A DNA stretch of 64,000 nucleotides from positions 5,484 to 69,483 of the forward strand of contig CAZYDR010000002.1 in the NCBI GenBank assembly GCA_964645285.1, read 5' to 3'. The DNA comes from an uncultured Alphaproteobacteria bacterium (GTDB lineage Bacteria > Pseudomonadota > Alphaproteobacteria > JAAXGF01). The position numbers and the translations under genes were made by a program. Below the pieces are notes generated by a model, which searched no databases, was not told where the DNA came from, and saw nothing but the letters and a program-made list of their open reading frames with translations. Position 1 is the stretch's first letter; the number at the start of each line of letters is the position of its first letter. Below, in pieces: positions 1 through 10,712 of this stretch.

Positions 1-679
1 GGGAGAAGTAGGAAAAATGCTCGTGGTAGATAGTGTCGAACTGAACGTCCTCCATAAGCCGGAGCAAATGGGGGAATTCCAGGCTGATAACGCCGGCGGG
101 TTTGGTCAGCGCGCCCAGGCCGGCGACGAAATCGTTGAGATCGGGCACATGGGCCAGGACATTGTTGCCAACCACCAGATCAGCCGCTTTGCCATCGGCT
201 ATCAGATCATCCGCCGTCTCACGGCCGAAGAATCGCACCTTGGTCGGCACGCCGGCGGCTTCGGCCACCGCGGCCACGTTGGCTGCTGGTTCGACGCCGA
301 GAACCGGGATGCTGTCATCGACGAAATGGCGTAACAGGTAGCCGTCATTACTGGCGACCTCGACCACGAGACTCTCGCCGCCAAGGGCGAAACGCTCGCG
401 GGCCATGCGGGCGAAGCGCCGGGCGTGAGCAACCCAGCTTTCCGAGTAGGATGAGAAATAGGCGTAGTCGGAAAAAATATCCTCCAACGGCACCACCGCC
501 TCGACCTGAACCAGGAAGCAATCATGGCAGACCCGGGTGTGGAGCGGGTATCGTCGGTCGGGCTGGCCGAGATCGGCCGCGGCCGGATAACTATTGGCCA
601 GAGGCGTGTCACCGAGATCTACGAAGGTATGGCTGAGCGTTGTTCCGCAGCCCCGGCAGAATCGTAATGTATCGGTCAT
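1..679 (-). CDS. Class I SAM-dependent C-methyltransferase (Zn-ribbon N-terminus plus Methyltransf_13/14, TylCIII/NovU-like); 3' end lies outside the window
   Basis: Manual minus-strand translation from the ATG at 679 gives MTDTLRFCRGCGTT...EVASNDGYLLRHFVDDSIPVLGVEPAANVA...VGNNVLAHVPDLNDF...FPHLLRL. The + ORF 17..334 is its antisense shadow. No stop is reached before position 1. Confidence 0.55.
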   Translation of the reverse strand, partial: MTDTLRFCRGCGTTLSHTFVDLGDTPLANSYPAAADLGQPDRRYPLHTRVCHDCFLVQVEAVVPLEDIFSDYAYFSSYSESWVAHARRFARMARERFALGGESLVVEVASNDGYLLRHFVDDSIPVLGVEPAANVAAVAEAAGVPTKVRFFGRETADDLIADGKAADLVVGNNVLAHVPDLNDFVAGLGALTKPAGVISLEFPHLLRLMEDVQFDTIYHEHFSYFS

Positions 680-683
680 GACA

Positions 684-1538
684 TCAAGAAACCCAGCCGC
701 GCTCCAGTTTGAGACGCAGGCCTTCTTCAAAGCTGCAGGGCGAAATTCCGAGGCGGTTTCGCAGGGGAGAAATATCGAACGACTTGTCCTCGCCGGCACG
801 ACGAATCTCGGCCGTATCGAACGGTAGTTTAACGCCGACCATGGCTGCCAGGCGAGCGCCGATTCCCAGAATAGGCCCCGGCACCGGCACGATCGTCACA
901 TGGCGGTCAACCGCGCTGGCGCAGGCCCGGACCATGGCGGCGTAGGAGATCGGTTCGGGACCGGCGACAACCAGGGAGGCGCCAGGCGCGGCCGGGCGCT
1001 CCAGCGCCGCCGCCAATGACGCCACCATGTCGTCAACGAAGATCGGCTGCAGCAAGGCGCGGCCGCCGTTGGGTAGGGGCAGGACTGATCTCCGTTTGAC
1101 CAGGCGCAGCAGGCGATTGACGTTGCGGTCGTCGGGGGCGCCATAAATCATGGTCGGGTGGAGCATGACGCCGGGCACACCCGATGACAGGAATGTGGCC
1201 TCGCCGGCCCGCACCGCATTGGCCGCCGGGTCGGGAAGTTTGCTGAAGCGCCGGGCCGAGCCGATCAGGACCAGCCGTTCGAGACTGGACGGCAGGCATT
1301 GCAGCAAGGCCTCGGTGAACCGGGCATGAGCGCAGTTCACCACATGGGTCGCGCCAACCAGGGCCCGGACGACAGTTACCGGATGGTCGAAGTCCGCGGC
1401 GACAGTGCCCGCGGCTGAGTTGAGCGTGTCGAGCTTGGCCTCGGTGTGGCCGATGGCAATCACCTGGTGTCCATCGGCGCAAAGCCGATCAACCAGGTAT
1501 CGTCCTGTCTTTCCGGTCGCTCCCAAAACAGCGATCAT
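684..1538 (-). CDS. NAD(P)-dependent epimerase/dehydratase (NmrA/SDR-like), probably sugar-nucleotide modification
   Basis: ORF 684..1655 has a Rossmann motif MIAVLGATGKTGRY at an internal Met (1538) preceded by GGAGAC. Its stop abuts the methyltransferase start. Confidence 0.6.
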   Translation of the reverse strand: MIAVLGATGKTGRYLVDRLCADGHQVIAIGHTEAKLDTLNSAAGTVAADFDHPVTVVRALVGATHVVNCAHARFTEALLQCLPSSLERLVLIGSARRFSKLPDPAANAVRAGEATFLSSGVPGVMLHPTMIYGAPDDRNVNRLLRLVKRRSVLPLPNGGRALLQPIFVDDMVASLAAALERPAAPGASLVVAGPEPISYAAMVRACASAVDRHVTIVPVPGPILGIGARLAAMVGVKLPFDTAEIRRAGEDKSFDISPLRNRLGISPCSFEEGLRLKLERGWVS

Positions 1539-1712
1539 GGGGTCTCCATGGTCCTCACGAGTGGACGCCATGATAGCCGCCCGGGTTGGAGTCGCGATAG
1601 AGCAGGACAACAAGTCCTTTCCTTCATCCGCGTATCGGCTACATTTAGGACCCACGGGGAGGCGGCGTTATGCGCGGCCGCCAAATCTATTGTGCGCAAT
1701 TCAGAGGGTTTC

Positions 1713-3212
1713 ATGAAAATTTCCTTTGCCACCAAATCACCCAAGGTCGACGCCATTGTCGTCGGCGCCTTCGCCAACCGGATTCTGAGCAAATCCGCCG
1801 ACGCCGTCGACAAGGCCTGCAAGGGCGCCTTGCGCAAAGCCATGCGGGCGGGACGCTTCACCGGCGCCCGCGACCAGTTCCTCGACGTCATGGCGCCGTC
1901 CGGCGTGGATGCGGCGCGTGTGGTTATCGCTGGCCTGGGCAAGACCGACAAGCTCGACGATCTCGGCGCCCAGAGCATTGGCGGCAAGCTGGTCGCTCAC
2001 CTTAATCGGGGTGGCGTCAAGCGCGTCGCCGTTTTGGCCGACCAGTGGTTCGACGATGCCAAGGCATCCGCCGGGGTGTTGGCGGCGAACGTTGGTTACG
2101 GGGCGCGGCTGCGTAGCTACCGGTTCGACAAGTACCGCACCAAGGAACCCAAGGACAGCCAGCCCACCCTCGACCGCACTACCGTGGTGATGCGTGGCGC
2201 CAAAGCCGCGAGCACCGCCTACGGCAGTCTCGACAAGATTGCCGATGGCGTCTTCCTGACCCGTGATCTGGTTTCCGAGCCGGCCAACGTGCTCAACCCG
2301 GAGACGCTTGCCACGCGGGCCAAGGCGCTGACCAAGCTGGGGGTCAGTGTCGAAATCCTCACCGAAGCCAAGATGCGTAAGCTCGGCATGGGCGCCCTGC
2401 TTGGCGTTGGCCAGGGTAGCGCCAACGAATCCCGCATGGTGGTCATGCGCTGGAATGGTGCGCCCAAAGGTTCCAAGAGCGCCCCCGTGGCTTTCGTCGG
2501 CAAGGGTGTCACCTTCGACACCGGCGGCATCTCCATCAAGCCGGCCGGCGGCATGGAAGACATGAAGTGGGACATGGGCGGCTCGGGCGTGGTCATCGGC
2601 CTCATGGCGGCTCTGGCCGGGCGTAAAGCCAAGGTCGATGTGATCGGCGTCGTCGCCCTGGTCGAGAACATGCCGTCGGGCTTCGCCCAGCGACCCGGCG
2701 ATGTGGTGACTTCCATGTCGGGCCAGACCATCGAGGTCATCAACACCGATGCCGAGGGCCGGCTCGTGCTGGCCGACGCCCTGTGGTACTGCCAGACCCG
2801 CTTCAAACCGCGCATCATGGTCGATCTGGCGACCTTGACCGGGGCCATCATCGTTGCGCTCGGCACTTACAAGGCCGGTCTGTTCGCCAACGACGACAAA
2901 CTCGCCGACAACCTTCTCGCCGCCGCCGATGCGACCGGCGAGGAACTCTGGCGCATGCCCCTGGGTGATCGTTACGACAAGGACATCAACTCACTCATCG
3001 CCGACATGAAGAACGTCGGCAAGGGCCGCGAGGCCGGCAGCACGGCGGGCGCCGTTTTTCTCCAGCGCTTCGTCGGCAAGACCGCCTGGGCCCATCTCGA
3101 CATTGCCGGTGTCACCTGGGTGAAGGCCGCCAGCGCCACGTCCCCCGGCGGCGGCACCGCCTTCGGCGTGCGTCTGCTCGACAACCTGGTGGCCGGCAAC
3201 TACGAAAGCTGA
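1713..3212 (+). CDS. pepA: Leucyl aminopeptidase (M17 family)
   Basis: NTDAEGRLVLADALWY signature and VGKGVTFDTGG. Start taken at MKISFATK inside ORF 1446..3212. Confidence 0.9.
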   Translation: MKISFATKSPKVDAIVVGAFANRILSKSADAVDKACKGALRKAMRAGRFTGARDQFLDVMAPSGVDAARVVIAGLGKTDKLDDLGAQSIGGKLVAHLNRGGVKRVAVLADQWFDDAKASAGVLAANVGYGARLRSYRFDKYRTKEPKDSQPTLDRTTVVMRGAKAASTAYGSLDKIADGVFLTRDLVSEPANVLNPETLATRAKALTKLGVSVEILTEAKMRKLGMGALLGVGQGSANESRMVVMRWNGAPKGSKSAPVAFVGKGVTFDTGGISIKPAGGMEDMKWDMGGSGVVIGLMAALAGRKAKVDVIGVVALVENMPSGFAQRPGDVVTSMSGQTIEVINTDAEGRLVLADALWYCQTRFKPRIMVDLATLTGAIIVALGTYKAGLFANDDKLADNLLAAADATGEELWRMPLGDRYDKDINSLIADMKNVGKGREAGSTAGAVFLQRFVGKTAWAHLDIAGVTWVKAASATSPGGGTAFGVRLLDNLVAGNYES

Positions 3213-3223
3213 CGGCGGCGACC

Positions 3224-3703
3224 TTGACCGAGATCGGCTTCTACCACCTGCAACGCTCACCCCTCGAGCAGGCCCTGCCCAAACTGTTGGGCAAGGCGCT
3301 CGAGCGGGGCATGCGTGCGGTAGTCATGGCCGGCTCGGATGAGCGTGTGAAGGCTCTCGACGGCGCCCTGTGGACCTTCGACCAGGACTCGTTCCTGCCC
3401 CACGGCACGGCGGCGGATGGCAATGCCGCCGCCCAGCCGGTCTATCTGACTACCACTGAAGAAAACCCCAACGGCGCCACCCTTCTGGTCCTCACCGACG
3501 GCGCCGAGCCCGAATTTACGGGCACATTCGAGCGCTGCCTCGACCTGTTCGACGGCAATGACGACCAGGCCGTGGCCGCCGCCCGCCAACGCTGGCGCCG
3601 CCGTCTGGAGGCTGGCGACACCTTGGCCTACTGGCAGCAGACCGACGCTGGCGGCTGGGAGCAGAAGGCCAAAGTCGGACCCGAGGACACCCCGCAAAAC
3701 TAA
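3224..3703 (+). CDS. holC: DNA polymerase III chi subunit
   Basis: 159 aa immediately after pepA (conserved pepA-holC synteny). N-terminus MTEIGFYHL..LE.ALPKLL is typical. Confidence 0.75.
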   Translation: MTEIGFYHLQRSPLEQALPKLLGKALERGMRAVVMAGSDERVKALDGALWTFDQDSFLPHGTAADGNAAAQPVYLTTTEENPNGATLLVLTDGAEPEFTGTFERCLDLFDGNDDQAVAAARQRWRRRLEAGDTLAYWQQTDAGGWEQKAKVGPEDTPQN

Positions 3704-3709
3704 CGGAGC

Positions 3710-5608
3710 TTACTCCGCCGCTGCCGTGTCGTGATCGTGCTGGGCCTTGAGCCATTTTTCTTCGGCGTCGGCCAGACGGCGTGCAGCCTTGTCGCGGCGC
3801 ATCAGGAGTTCGGTGAAGTCGGCTGTCGGGCCTTCGTAGATGACGGGGTCGGCGAGCTTCTCGTCGATCCGTGCTTTTTCGGCGCTGCGTTTTTCCACCA
3901 GTGACTCGGTTTCGCGTAACGTCCGGCGCAGGTCGGACAGACCCTGGCGGGCCTGGGCCTTGGCACGGCGGGCGTCGCGTTTGTTGACCTTGGCGGCGGG
4001 GGCCTTGTCTGTGGCGGGTGCGCTGGCCATGGACGACGGCGAGCCGCGCTGGCTTAGGAGCATGCGGCGGTAGTCGTCGACATCGCCGTCGAAGGGTTTG
4101 ACGTGGCCATTGGCGACCAGCCACAGGCGATCGGCGCAGGCTTCGATCAGGTGCGGGTCGTGGGTGATCAGCAGCAGGGCGCCGGGGAAGTCGTTGAGCG
4201 CCTGGATCAGCGCCTCGCGGGCGTCCACGTCGAGATGGCTGGTGGGTTCGTCGAGCACCATGAGGTGAGGCACCGTACGGCACATCATGGCCAGGACCAG
4301 CCGCGCCTTCTCACCGCCCGACAGGTCATCGACCTTTATGCCCACTTTGTCCTGCACCAGGCCGAAAGAACCGAGGTGGGCGCGGACCTTGGTGTCCGGC
4401 TCGCCGCGCATAATGCCGCGCATTTGCTCCAGCGCCGTGTGGCCGGCGGTCAATTCATCGACCTGATGCTGGGCGAAATAGCCGACCCGCAGTTTGCCCG
4501 TGGCGAAGTAACGCCCGTCCATGAGTTTTAGGCGGCTCGACAGCAGCTTGGCGAAGGTCGATTTGCCGTTGCCGTTGGCGCCGAGCAGGGCGATGCGGTC
4601 GTCCATGTCGATGCGCAGGTCGAGATCGTGCAGCACCGGCTTGTTGTCTTCGTAACCCACCGTGCCGCCATCGATGGTGATGATCGGCGGCGCCAGGGTG
4701 CCGGGGTCGGGGAAGTTGAAGGCCACCGTCGGATCCCTCATGGCTTCGGCGATGGGCTGCAGCCGGGCAATGGCCTTGAGCCGGCTCTGAGCCTGGCGCG
4801 CTTTGGTGGCCGAGTAGCGGAAGCGATCCACGTAGGCCTGCATGTGCTTACGCTGGGCGTCCTGTTTCTTGCGCTGGGCGGTCTCCTGGGCGAGGCGCTC
4901 GGCCCGGGTGCGCTCGAACCGGTCGTAGCCGCCAGTGTAGGCGGTCAGTTTACCGTGATTGAGATGGAGAATGCCGCCGACCGCCGTATTCAGCAGGGTG
5001 CGGTCGTGGCTGACCAGCAGAATGGTGTTGGGGTAGCTGCGCAGATAGCCCTCCAGCCATAGGGTGCCTTCGAGATCGAGATAGTTGGTCGGCTCGTCGA
5101 GCAGCAGCAGGTCGGGCTCGGTAAACAGGGTCGCGGCCAGGGCGACCCGCATGCGCCAACCACCCGAGAACGAATCCAGCGGCTGGGCCTGGGCGACTCT
5201 GTCGAAGCCGAGGCCGGACAGAATAGCGCCGGCCCGCGACGTCGCCGTATGGGAGCCGATATCGGCGAGCCGGGTGTGAATATGGGCGATGCGGCCCGGG
5301 TCCGTGGCGGTCTCGGCCTCGGCTAGGAGGGCCGTGCGTTCGACGTCGGCATCCAGCACCGAGTCGAGCAGGCTGCTCGGGCCGCCGGGGGCCTCCTGGA
5401 CGACCTGGGCGAGATGGGCGCCGCGGCGCAAGGAAACGCCGCCGGCGTCGCATTCCAGTCGGCCGGCGATCAGGCCCAGCAGAGTCGTCTTGCCCGAGCC
5501 GTTGCGTCCCACAAGACCGAGCTTGTGACCCACGGGCACAACGGCGCTGGCATCCTCGAACAGGACGCGGCCACCAATGCGGTAAGTGATGTTTTCAATT
5601 CTCAACAT
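3710..5608 (-). CDS. ABC-F family ATPase (two ABC domains, Uup/YheS/EttA-like)
   Basis: Two Walker A motifs (GRNGSGKTT, GANGNGKST), two LSGGE signatures and a C-terminal coiled-coil. 632 aa. Confidence 0.85.
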   Translation of the reverse strand: MLRIENITYRIGGRVLFEDASAVVPVGHKLGLVGRNGSGKTTLLGLIAGRLECDAGGVSLRRGAHLAQVVQEAPGGPSSLLDSVLDADVERTALLAEAETATDPGRIAHIHTRLADIGSHTATSRAGAILSGLGFDRVAQAQPLDSFSGGWRMRVALAATLFTEPDLLLLDEPTNYLDLEGTLWLEGYLRSYPNTILLVSHDRTLLNTAVGGILHLNHGKLTAYTGGYDRFERTRAERLAQETAQRKKQDAQRKHMQAYVDRFRYSATKARQAQSRLKAIARLQPIAEAMRDPTVAFNFPDPGTLAPPIITIDGGTVGYEDNKPVLHDLDLRIDMDDRIALLGANGNGKSTFAKLLSSRLKLMDGRYFATGKLRVGYFAQHQVDELTAGHTALEQMRGIMRGEPDTKVRAHLGSFGLVQDKVGIKVDDLSGGEKARLVLAMMCRTVPHLMVLDEPTSHLDVDAREALIQALNDFPGALLLITHDPHLIEACADRLWLVANGHVKPFDGDVDDYRRMLLSQRGSPSSMASAPATDKAPAAKVNKRDARRAKAQARQGLSDLRRTLRETESLVEKRSAEKARIDEKLADPVIYEGPTADFTELLMRRDKAARRLADAEEKWLKAQHDHDTAAAE

Positions 5609-5738
5609 GGCGGCGGGTTGATAGCACGGCCCGGGCTTCGATCAAAGGGGTCGTGCGCGGCCGATGTCGTCGGGAGTTGCCGTATGGCCGGCAAGGGGCT
5701 ATAAGGCGCCCTCTTTCAGGACCGGACTGGAGCCAATA

Positions 5739-6161
5739 ATGGCCATCGAGCGGACACTTTCCATCATCAAGCCGGACGCCACGCGGCGCAATCTCACCGG
5801 CCGTATCATCGCGCGTTTCGAGGAGGCGGGCCTGCGCATCGTCGCCCAGAAGCGCATCCAGCTGACCCGTGAGCGGGCCGAAGGGTTTTATGCGGTTCAC
5901 CGCGAGCGACCGTTTTTTAATGATCTGTGTAATTTCATGATCAGTGGGCCGGTTGTGGTTCAGGTTCTCGAGGGTGAAGGCGCCATTGCCGCAAACCGCG
6001 AGATCATGGGCGCGACCAACCCGGCCGATGCGGCGCCAGGCACCATCCGTGCCGACTTCGCCGAGTCCATCGAGGCTAACTCGGCCCACGGTTCAGATTC
6101 GCCGGAAACCGCGGCCTTCGAGATCGGCTATTTCTTCAGCAACGACGAGATCGTCGGCTAG
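5739..6161 (+). CDS. ndk: Nucleoside diphosphate kinase
   Basis: [13 protein letters not shown]...NxxHGSD motif. Start at internal ATG 5739. Confidence 0.9.
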   Translation: MAIERTLSIIKPDATRRNLTGRIIARFEEAGLRIVAQKRIQLTRERAEGFYAVHRERPFFNDLCNFMISGPVVVQVLEGEGAIAANREIMGATNPADAAPGTIRADFAESIEANSAHGSDSPETAAFEIGYFFSNDEIVG

Positions 6162-6811
6162 TCTTCCAGGGGATTAAGCAGAACTGTTTCCGGGACGGCG
6201 CTGTTATCAACCAGTACCGTTTCGTTGACGACCGTCACCAGGCCTTCGGCAATCAATCGAACGGCCAGCGGATAAACCCGGTGTTCCGCCGCCAGTACGC
6301 GCTCGGCGAGCGTATCGGACGTATCGCCGGGGAGCACCGGCACCGCTGCCTGGGTAATGATCGGGCCACTGTCCAAACCACCACGAACAAAGTGCACGGT
6401 GCAGCCGGCGAAGCGAACGCCGGCCTCGAGTGCCCGTTGGTGGGTGTGAAGACCGGGAAAGATGGGCAGCAGCGACGGATGGATGTTGATTATCCGGTCG
6501 TGCCATTGGTTGACGAAACCGCTGTCGAGTATTCGCATAAACCCGGCGAGACAGACCAAGTCGGCACCACTGTCCTTAATCGCATTGCCGAGGGCGTCGC
6601 CAAAAGCATCGCGTGAATCGAAATTCCGGTGATTGATGGTCTGGTGGGGAATGCCGGCCGCTTGGGCCCGCTCAAGTCCCTTGGCGCCAGGCTCATTGGA
6701 TATCACCAGAGCGACGCGGGCAGGAAAATCCGCCTTGGCGCAGGCGTCGATCAGGGACTGCAGATTACTGCCTCGCCCGGATATCAGGACGGCGAGGGTC
6801 AGCTCGGCCAT
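6158..6811 (-). CDS. purN: Phosphoribosylglycinamide formyltransferase
   Basis: [12 protein letters not shown]...HPSLLP motifs. 217 aa. Confidence 0.85.
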   Translation of the reverse strand: MAELTLAVLISGRGSNLQSLIDACAKADFPARVALVISNEPGAKGLERAQAAGIPHQTINHRNFDSRDAFGDALGNAIKDSGADLVCLAGFMRILDSGFVNQWHDRIINIHPSLLPIFPGLHTHQRALEAGVRFAGCTVHFVRGGLDSGPIITQAAVPVLPGDTSDTLAERVLAAEHRVYPLAVRLIAEGLVTVVNETVLVDNSAVPETVLLNPLED

Positions 6812-7929
6812 GTCACTCCCGCGCCGACGAGCTTGACCGCTGGCGCATCGTCGGCCTTGGCCGTTACCGTGCCAACGGCGTAAACCGTCTCGCCGTTGTC
6901 CTCGAAAATCGTGGTAACCGCCGGCGCGTCATCGGGGCTGACCACGGCGACCATGCCGAGACCGCAATTAAACGTGCGGGCCATTTCCTGGCCTTCGACG
7001 CCGCCGGTCGAGGCGAGCCAGGCGAACACCGGCGGCACCGGCCAGGCGTCGGCATTGATCTCGACTGCCATATCATCGGGCAGGACCCGGGGAATATTCT
7101 CCAAGAGGCCGCCGCCGGTAATATGGGCCAGGGCTTTGATCTGGCCGTCGGCAAGAGCCGCAAGGCAGGATTTGACATAGATACGGGTCGGCGCCAGCAG
7201 GGCGTCGCCGAGGGGTGTGTCGGCTGCGAAGGGCGCCGGGGCGTCGTAGTCCAGTCCTTCGCCCTCGACGACCTTGCGGACCAGGGAAAATCCGTTGGAA
7301 TGGAGTCCGTCCGAGGCCAGGCCAAGCAGGATATCGCCGGGCTCGACCGTGTCGTGGGGCAGCATGGCGTCGCGCTCGGCGGCGCCGACGGCAAAACCGG
7401 CCAGATCGTATTCGCCGGCGCCGTACATGTCCGGCATCTCCGCCGTTTCACCGCCGATCAGGGCACAGCCGGCCATCTTGCAGCCATGGGCAATACCCGC
7501 GACCACCATCTCGGCCACCGCCACGTCAAGCTTTCCGGTGGCGAAGTAATCGAGGAAGAACAACGGCTCGGCGCCACGGGTCACGATGTCGTTGACGCAC
7601 ATGGCGACCAGGTCGATGCCTACGGTGGAATGACGGTCGGCGGCGAAGGCGACTTTGAGCTTGGTGCCGACGCCATCGGTGCCCGAGACCAGGACCGGGT
7701 CGCGAAATCCGGCGGCGGCGAGATCAAACAAACCACCATAGCCACCGACCTCCGGGTCGGCGCCGGTGCGGGTCGTGGCCCGGGCAAGCGGTCCAATGGC
7801 TTTGACCAAAGCAGCGCCGGCGGCAATGTCGACACCGGCGTCTCCATAGGAATAACTGTTTCTGGAAATGGGGGCCCTCGCTCTCGTCCCGATAGTTCGA
7901 TATAATGCGCCCGCTTTCGCGCCGAACAT
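6799..7929 (-). CDS. purM: Phosphoribosylformylglycinamidine cyclo-ligase (AIR synthetase)
   Basis: [15 protein letters not shown]-terminal motif, AIRS fold and purM-purN synteny. The only in-frame ATG that leaves a plausible N-terminus is at 7929. Confidence 0.8.
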   Translation of the reverse strand: MFGAKAGALYRTIGTRARAPISRNSYSYGDAGVDIAAGAALVKAIGPLARATTRTGADPEVGGYGGLFDLAAAGFRDPVLVSGTDGVGTKLKVAFAADRHSTVGIDLVAMCVNDIVTRGAEPLFFLDYFATGKLDVAVAEMVVAGIAHGCKMAGCALIGGETAEMPDMYGAGEYDLAGFAVGAAERDAMLPHDTVEPGDILLGLASDGLHSNGFSLVRKVVEGEGLDYDAPAPFAADTPLGDALLAPTRIYVKSCLAALADGQIKALAHITGGGLLENIPRVLPDDMAVEINADAWPVPPVFAWLASTGGVEGQEMARTFNCGLGMVAVVSPDDAPAVTTIFEDNGETVYAVGTVTAKADDAPAVKLVGAGVTWPS

Positions 7930-7951
7930 ACTGCATCCGGAACGGTTTGCA

Positions 7952-9091
7952 ATGACCCATACCCGGCGCTTGATCGCCTTTCTTTTTGTCGCTGTCGGTT
8001 GGCTCGTCACAACCGGACCCGGTGTGCTGGCGGCCAAGGCTGACGCGGCTTTCAGCGTTACCGGAGTGGCCGTGGACGTTACCGCGGCGGATGCGGAGAC
8101 GGCGCGCACTTCGGCCCTTGCCGATGGTCAGCAGCGGGCATTCCGCCAGCTTCTGGAGCGACTCGTGCCCGTGGCCGACCATGGCCGTCTGCCGTTGCTG
8201 CCCGATCTGGCGGTCACCGAACTGGTCAGGGGTTTCGAAGTATTCGGCGAGCGGGTCGGACCCGACCGCTACATCGCCTCGCTGACCTATCACTTCAAAC
8301 CCGTCGAGATCGGCGATCTGCTGCGCAATCTGGATATTCCCTATGCCGCCACGGCGAGCGAGCCCATCGTGGTGGTGCCTTTGTTTCAGGACGCCAAGGG
8401 GCTGATGCTGTGGGATGACGGCAACCCCTGGCGCGAAGCCTGGGCGTCGCTGCCGCCGAGCAACAGCCTGGTGCCCATTATCATTCCGTTCGGCGAGCTT
8501 GCGGATCTCGAAATTCTCGATGCCGAACAGGCCCGAGCGGGCGAAAGTGAGCGGTTCGACCGTCTCGCGGAACGCTATGACGCCGGCGAGGCCGTGGCCA
8601 TCGACGCCATCATCGACGGCCAGGGAACCCAGGACGCGCCGACCGTCAGTGTGTTGGTCCGCCGGGTGGCGTCCGGCGCCGTGGAAGTCAGTGGCGGCAC
8701 CTACAGCGCGGCGGCGTGGGAGCCTCTGGCGGCCGTATTGGTCAAGGCGGCGGCGGCGACCCGGGCGCAGTTGGAGAACGAATGGAAGCAGACGCATTTG
8801 CTGCGCTTCGATCTCGAGACCCGGCTAACCATTGATATTCCCATCACCGGGTTTGCCGACTGGCTCGACATTCTCGGCCGGCTCGACAAGCTTGCCCTGG
8901 TACGCAAACTCGAAATTGCGGCGCTGTCGCCGCGGTTCGCCCGCGCCGTGCTGCACTATCTCGGTAACGAACAACAACTGGCTGCCGCGCTGGCCCGAGA
9001 CAATCTGGTGCTGTCACGGGAAGCGGACCTGTGGATTCTCCGTCGCCGGGGCTTTGGAGCCGACCAGCCCGAAACCGTCATAATCGAGTGA
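7952..9091 (+). CDS. DUF2066-like secreted protein (conserved alphaproteobacterial hypothetical next to purM)
   Basis: Signal-peptide-like N-terminus [27 protein letters not shown]. 380 aa. Divergent from purM. Confidence 0.45.
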   Translation: MTHTRRLIAFLFVAVGWLVTTGPGVLAAKADAAFSVTGVAVDVTAADAETARTSALADGQQRAFRQLLERLVPVADHGRLPLLPDLAVTELVRGFEVFGERVGPDRYIASLTYHFKPVEIGDLLRNLDIPYAATASEPIVVVPLFQDAKGLMLWDDGNPWREAWASLPPSNSLVPIIIPFGELADLEILDAEQARAGESERFDRLAERYDAGEAVAIDAIIDGQGTQDAPTVSVLVRRVASGAVEVSGGTYSAAAWEPLAAVLVKAAAATRAQLENEWKQTHLLRFDLETRLTIDIPITGFADWLDILGRLDKLALVRKLEIAALSPRFARAVLHYLGNEQQLAAALARDNLVLSREADLWILRRRGFGADQPETVIIE

Positions 9092-9633
9092 ACCTGCCCA
9101 ACCTCATTAGCCTTGCGCGGCTGCTGAGCACCCCGGTGGTGATCTGGCTTATCCTTATGGACGCCATGGTGCCGGCATTCTGGGTGTTCTCCATCGCCGC
9201 CATATCCGATGCGGTCGACGGCTTCGTCGCCAAGCGATTCGACAGCGAGACCGTGCTTGGCACCTATCTCGACGCCCTGGCCGACAAGGCTCTGTTGGTC
9301 AGTGTCTACGTGGTCCTGGGCGTCCTGGGGCAGCTTCCTCTGTGGCTTGTTCTGCTGGTGGTCTTTCGTGACCTTCTGATCGTCGGCGGCGCCTTGCTAT
9401 TGTGGTTGCTGGCGCGGTCGTTCAGGATAAAGCCTCTGATGGTCAGCAAGGTGAACACCGTCGCGCAAATCGTCCTTGCCATGACGGTGTTGGGTAGGTT
9501 GGGATTTAGCATGACGGTTGAAGGCGTGGAATTAATACAAATATACGTGGTGGCGGCGACGGCGTTGGTGTCAGGAGCGAGCTATATGATGGGATGGATG
9601 CGTATCATCGGGCAGGCGGAGATCGAGCGATGA
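9088..9633 (+). CDS. pgsA: CDP-diacylglycerol--glycerol-3-phosphate 3-phosphatidyltransferase (CDP-alcohol phosphatidyltransferase family)
   Basis: [11 protein letters not shown]...DAVDGFVAKR...D..ADK motif. GTG start overlaps the upstream stop (GTGA). Confidence 0.7.
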   Translation: MNLPNLISLARLLSTPVVIWLILMDAMVPAFWVFSIAAISDAVDGFVAKRFDSETVLGTYLDALADKALLVSVYVVLGVLGQLPLWLVLLVVFRDLLIVGGALLLWLLARSFRIKPLMVSKVNTVAQIVLAMTVLGRLGFSMTVEGVELIQIYVVAATALVSGASYMMGWMRIIGQAEIER

Positions 9634-10712
9634 CCACACGCGCTCAAATCGGCTTTTGGCTTGGCGGACTGTTGGTCTTCGGCGTTCTGCTGTTTCTTCT
9701 CCGCGACATGATGTTGCCGTTTGTCGCGGGTATGGCCGTGGCCTACAGTCTCGACCCGGTTGCCGACCGACTGGAGACCGCTGGTTTGTCGCGTACCATG
9801 GCCACGGTGGTCATCACCATTTTGTTTGTCGTTGTCATGGTCGGCGCCTTGTTCCTGCTCTTGCCGGTGATCTACCAGCAACTGATCGACCTGATTTCGC
9901 GGGTGCCGGCCATCGCCGAGTCCATACGCGAATATCTGCTAACCCTATCGGAAGCGTTATTTGCAAGCCTTGAGCCGGACGAGTTGGAGCGTGCCCGGGA
10001 GATACTCGCCGGCTTTACCGACAACCTGGCCGCCTGGGCCATGGGGCTCGGTACGGGAATCTGGCGATCCGGGCTGGCGTTAGTCAATATCGTGGCGCTG
10101 CTATTCATCACGCCCATCGTCACGTTCTATCTGTTGCGCGACTGGGACCATATCGTCGCCCGGGCGGACAACCTGTTACCGCGCCGTCACGCGTCGGAAA
10201 TCCGCGTCCAACTTGGCAAGATCAACGACACCCTGGCGGGGTTTGTTCGCGGCCAGGGACTGATCTGCCTCATCCTCATGACCTACTACGGTATCAGTCT
10301 TACCGTGGTGGGGCTGGATTTTGGATTGGTTGTCGGGTTGGGCGCCGGCGTTCTCTCCTTCATTCCCTATGTCGGCGCGATCACCGGGTTCGTCACCGCG
10401 GTTACCCTCGCTTTGCTGCAGTTCGATGATCTGTTGTGGGTTGGCGTGGTAGCCATGGTCTTTGCCGTCGGCCAAGTGGTCGAGGGTAATATTTTGTCGC
10501 CCAAGCTGGTCGGTGAGCGGGTCGGCCTGCACCCGGTCTGGATCATTTTCGGCGCCCTCGCCGGGGTCGCCTTGTTCGGTCTCGTGGGCATGCTGCTCGC
10601 CGTGCCGGCGACGGCGGTGATCGGTGTGCTGGTGCGGTTCGCCGCCGAGCGCTATCAGACCAGTCCGGTCTATCTCGGCCATAGTGATGGAGGCGGGGAA
10701 CCGCCATCGTGA
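9630..10712 (+). CDS. AI-2E family transporter (PerM/UPF0118)
   Basis: Eight or more predicted TM helices and AI-2E-like organisation. ATG overlaps the pgsA stop (ATGA). Confidence 0.7.
   Translation: MTTRAQIGFWLGGLLVFGVLLFLLRDMMLPFVAGMAVAYSLDPVADRLETAGLSRTMATVVITILFVVVMVGALFLLLPVIYQQLIDLISRVPAIAESIREYLLTLSEALFASLEPDELERAREILAGFTDNLAAWAMGLGTGIWRSGLALVNIVALLFITPIVTFYLLRDWDHIVARADNLLPRRHASEIRVQLGKINDTLAGFVRGQGLICLILMTYYGISLTVVGLDFGLVVGLGAGVLSFIPYVGAITGFVTAVTLALLQFDDLLWVGVVAMVFAVGQVVEGNILSPKLVGERVGLHPVWIIFGALAGVALFGLVGMLLAVPATAVIGVLVRFAAERYQTSPVYLGHSDGGGEPPS

Noticed and set aside
17-612. ORFs 17..334(+), 102..341(+), 202..612(-), 451..636(+) as genes
   Set aside because: They are shadow or out-of-frame ORFs on the methyltransferase gene, which is read from 679 downward on the minus strand.
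1033-2190. Numerous long overlapping or antisense ORFs in high-GC DNA (e.g. 1033..1482-, 1535..1987-, 3516..4283-, 7123..7905+, 7724..8797-, 18648..19847+, 19969..20811-, 36407..37420+, 55070..56326+, 57888..59177-, 60128..61123-)
   Set aside because: Arg/Pro/Ala-rich low-complexity translations typical of antisense frames in GC-rich genomes. Each overlaps a well-supported gene with clear homology.
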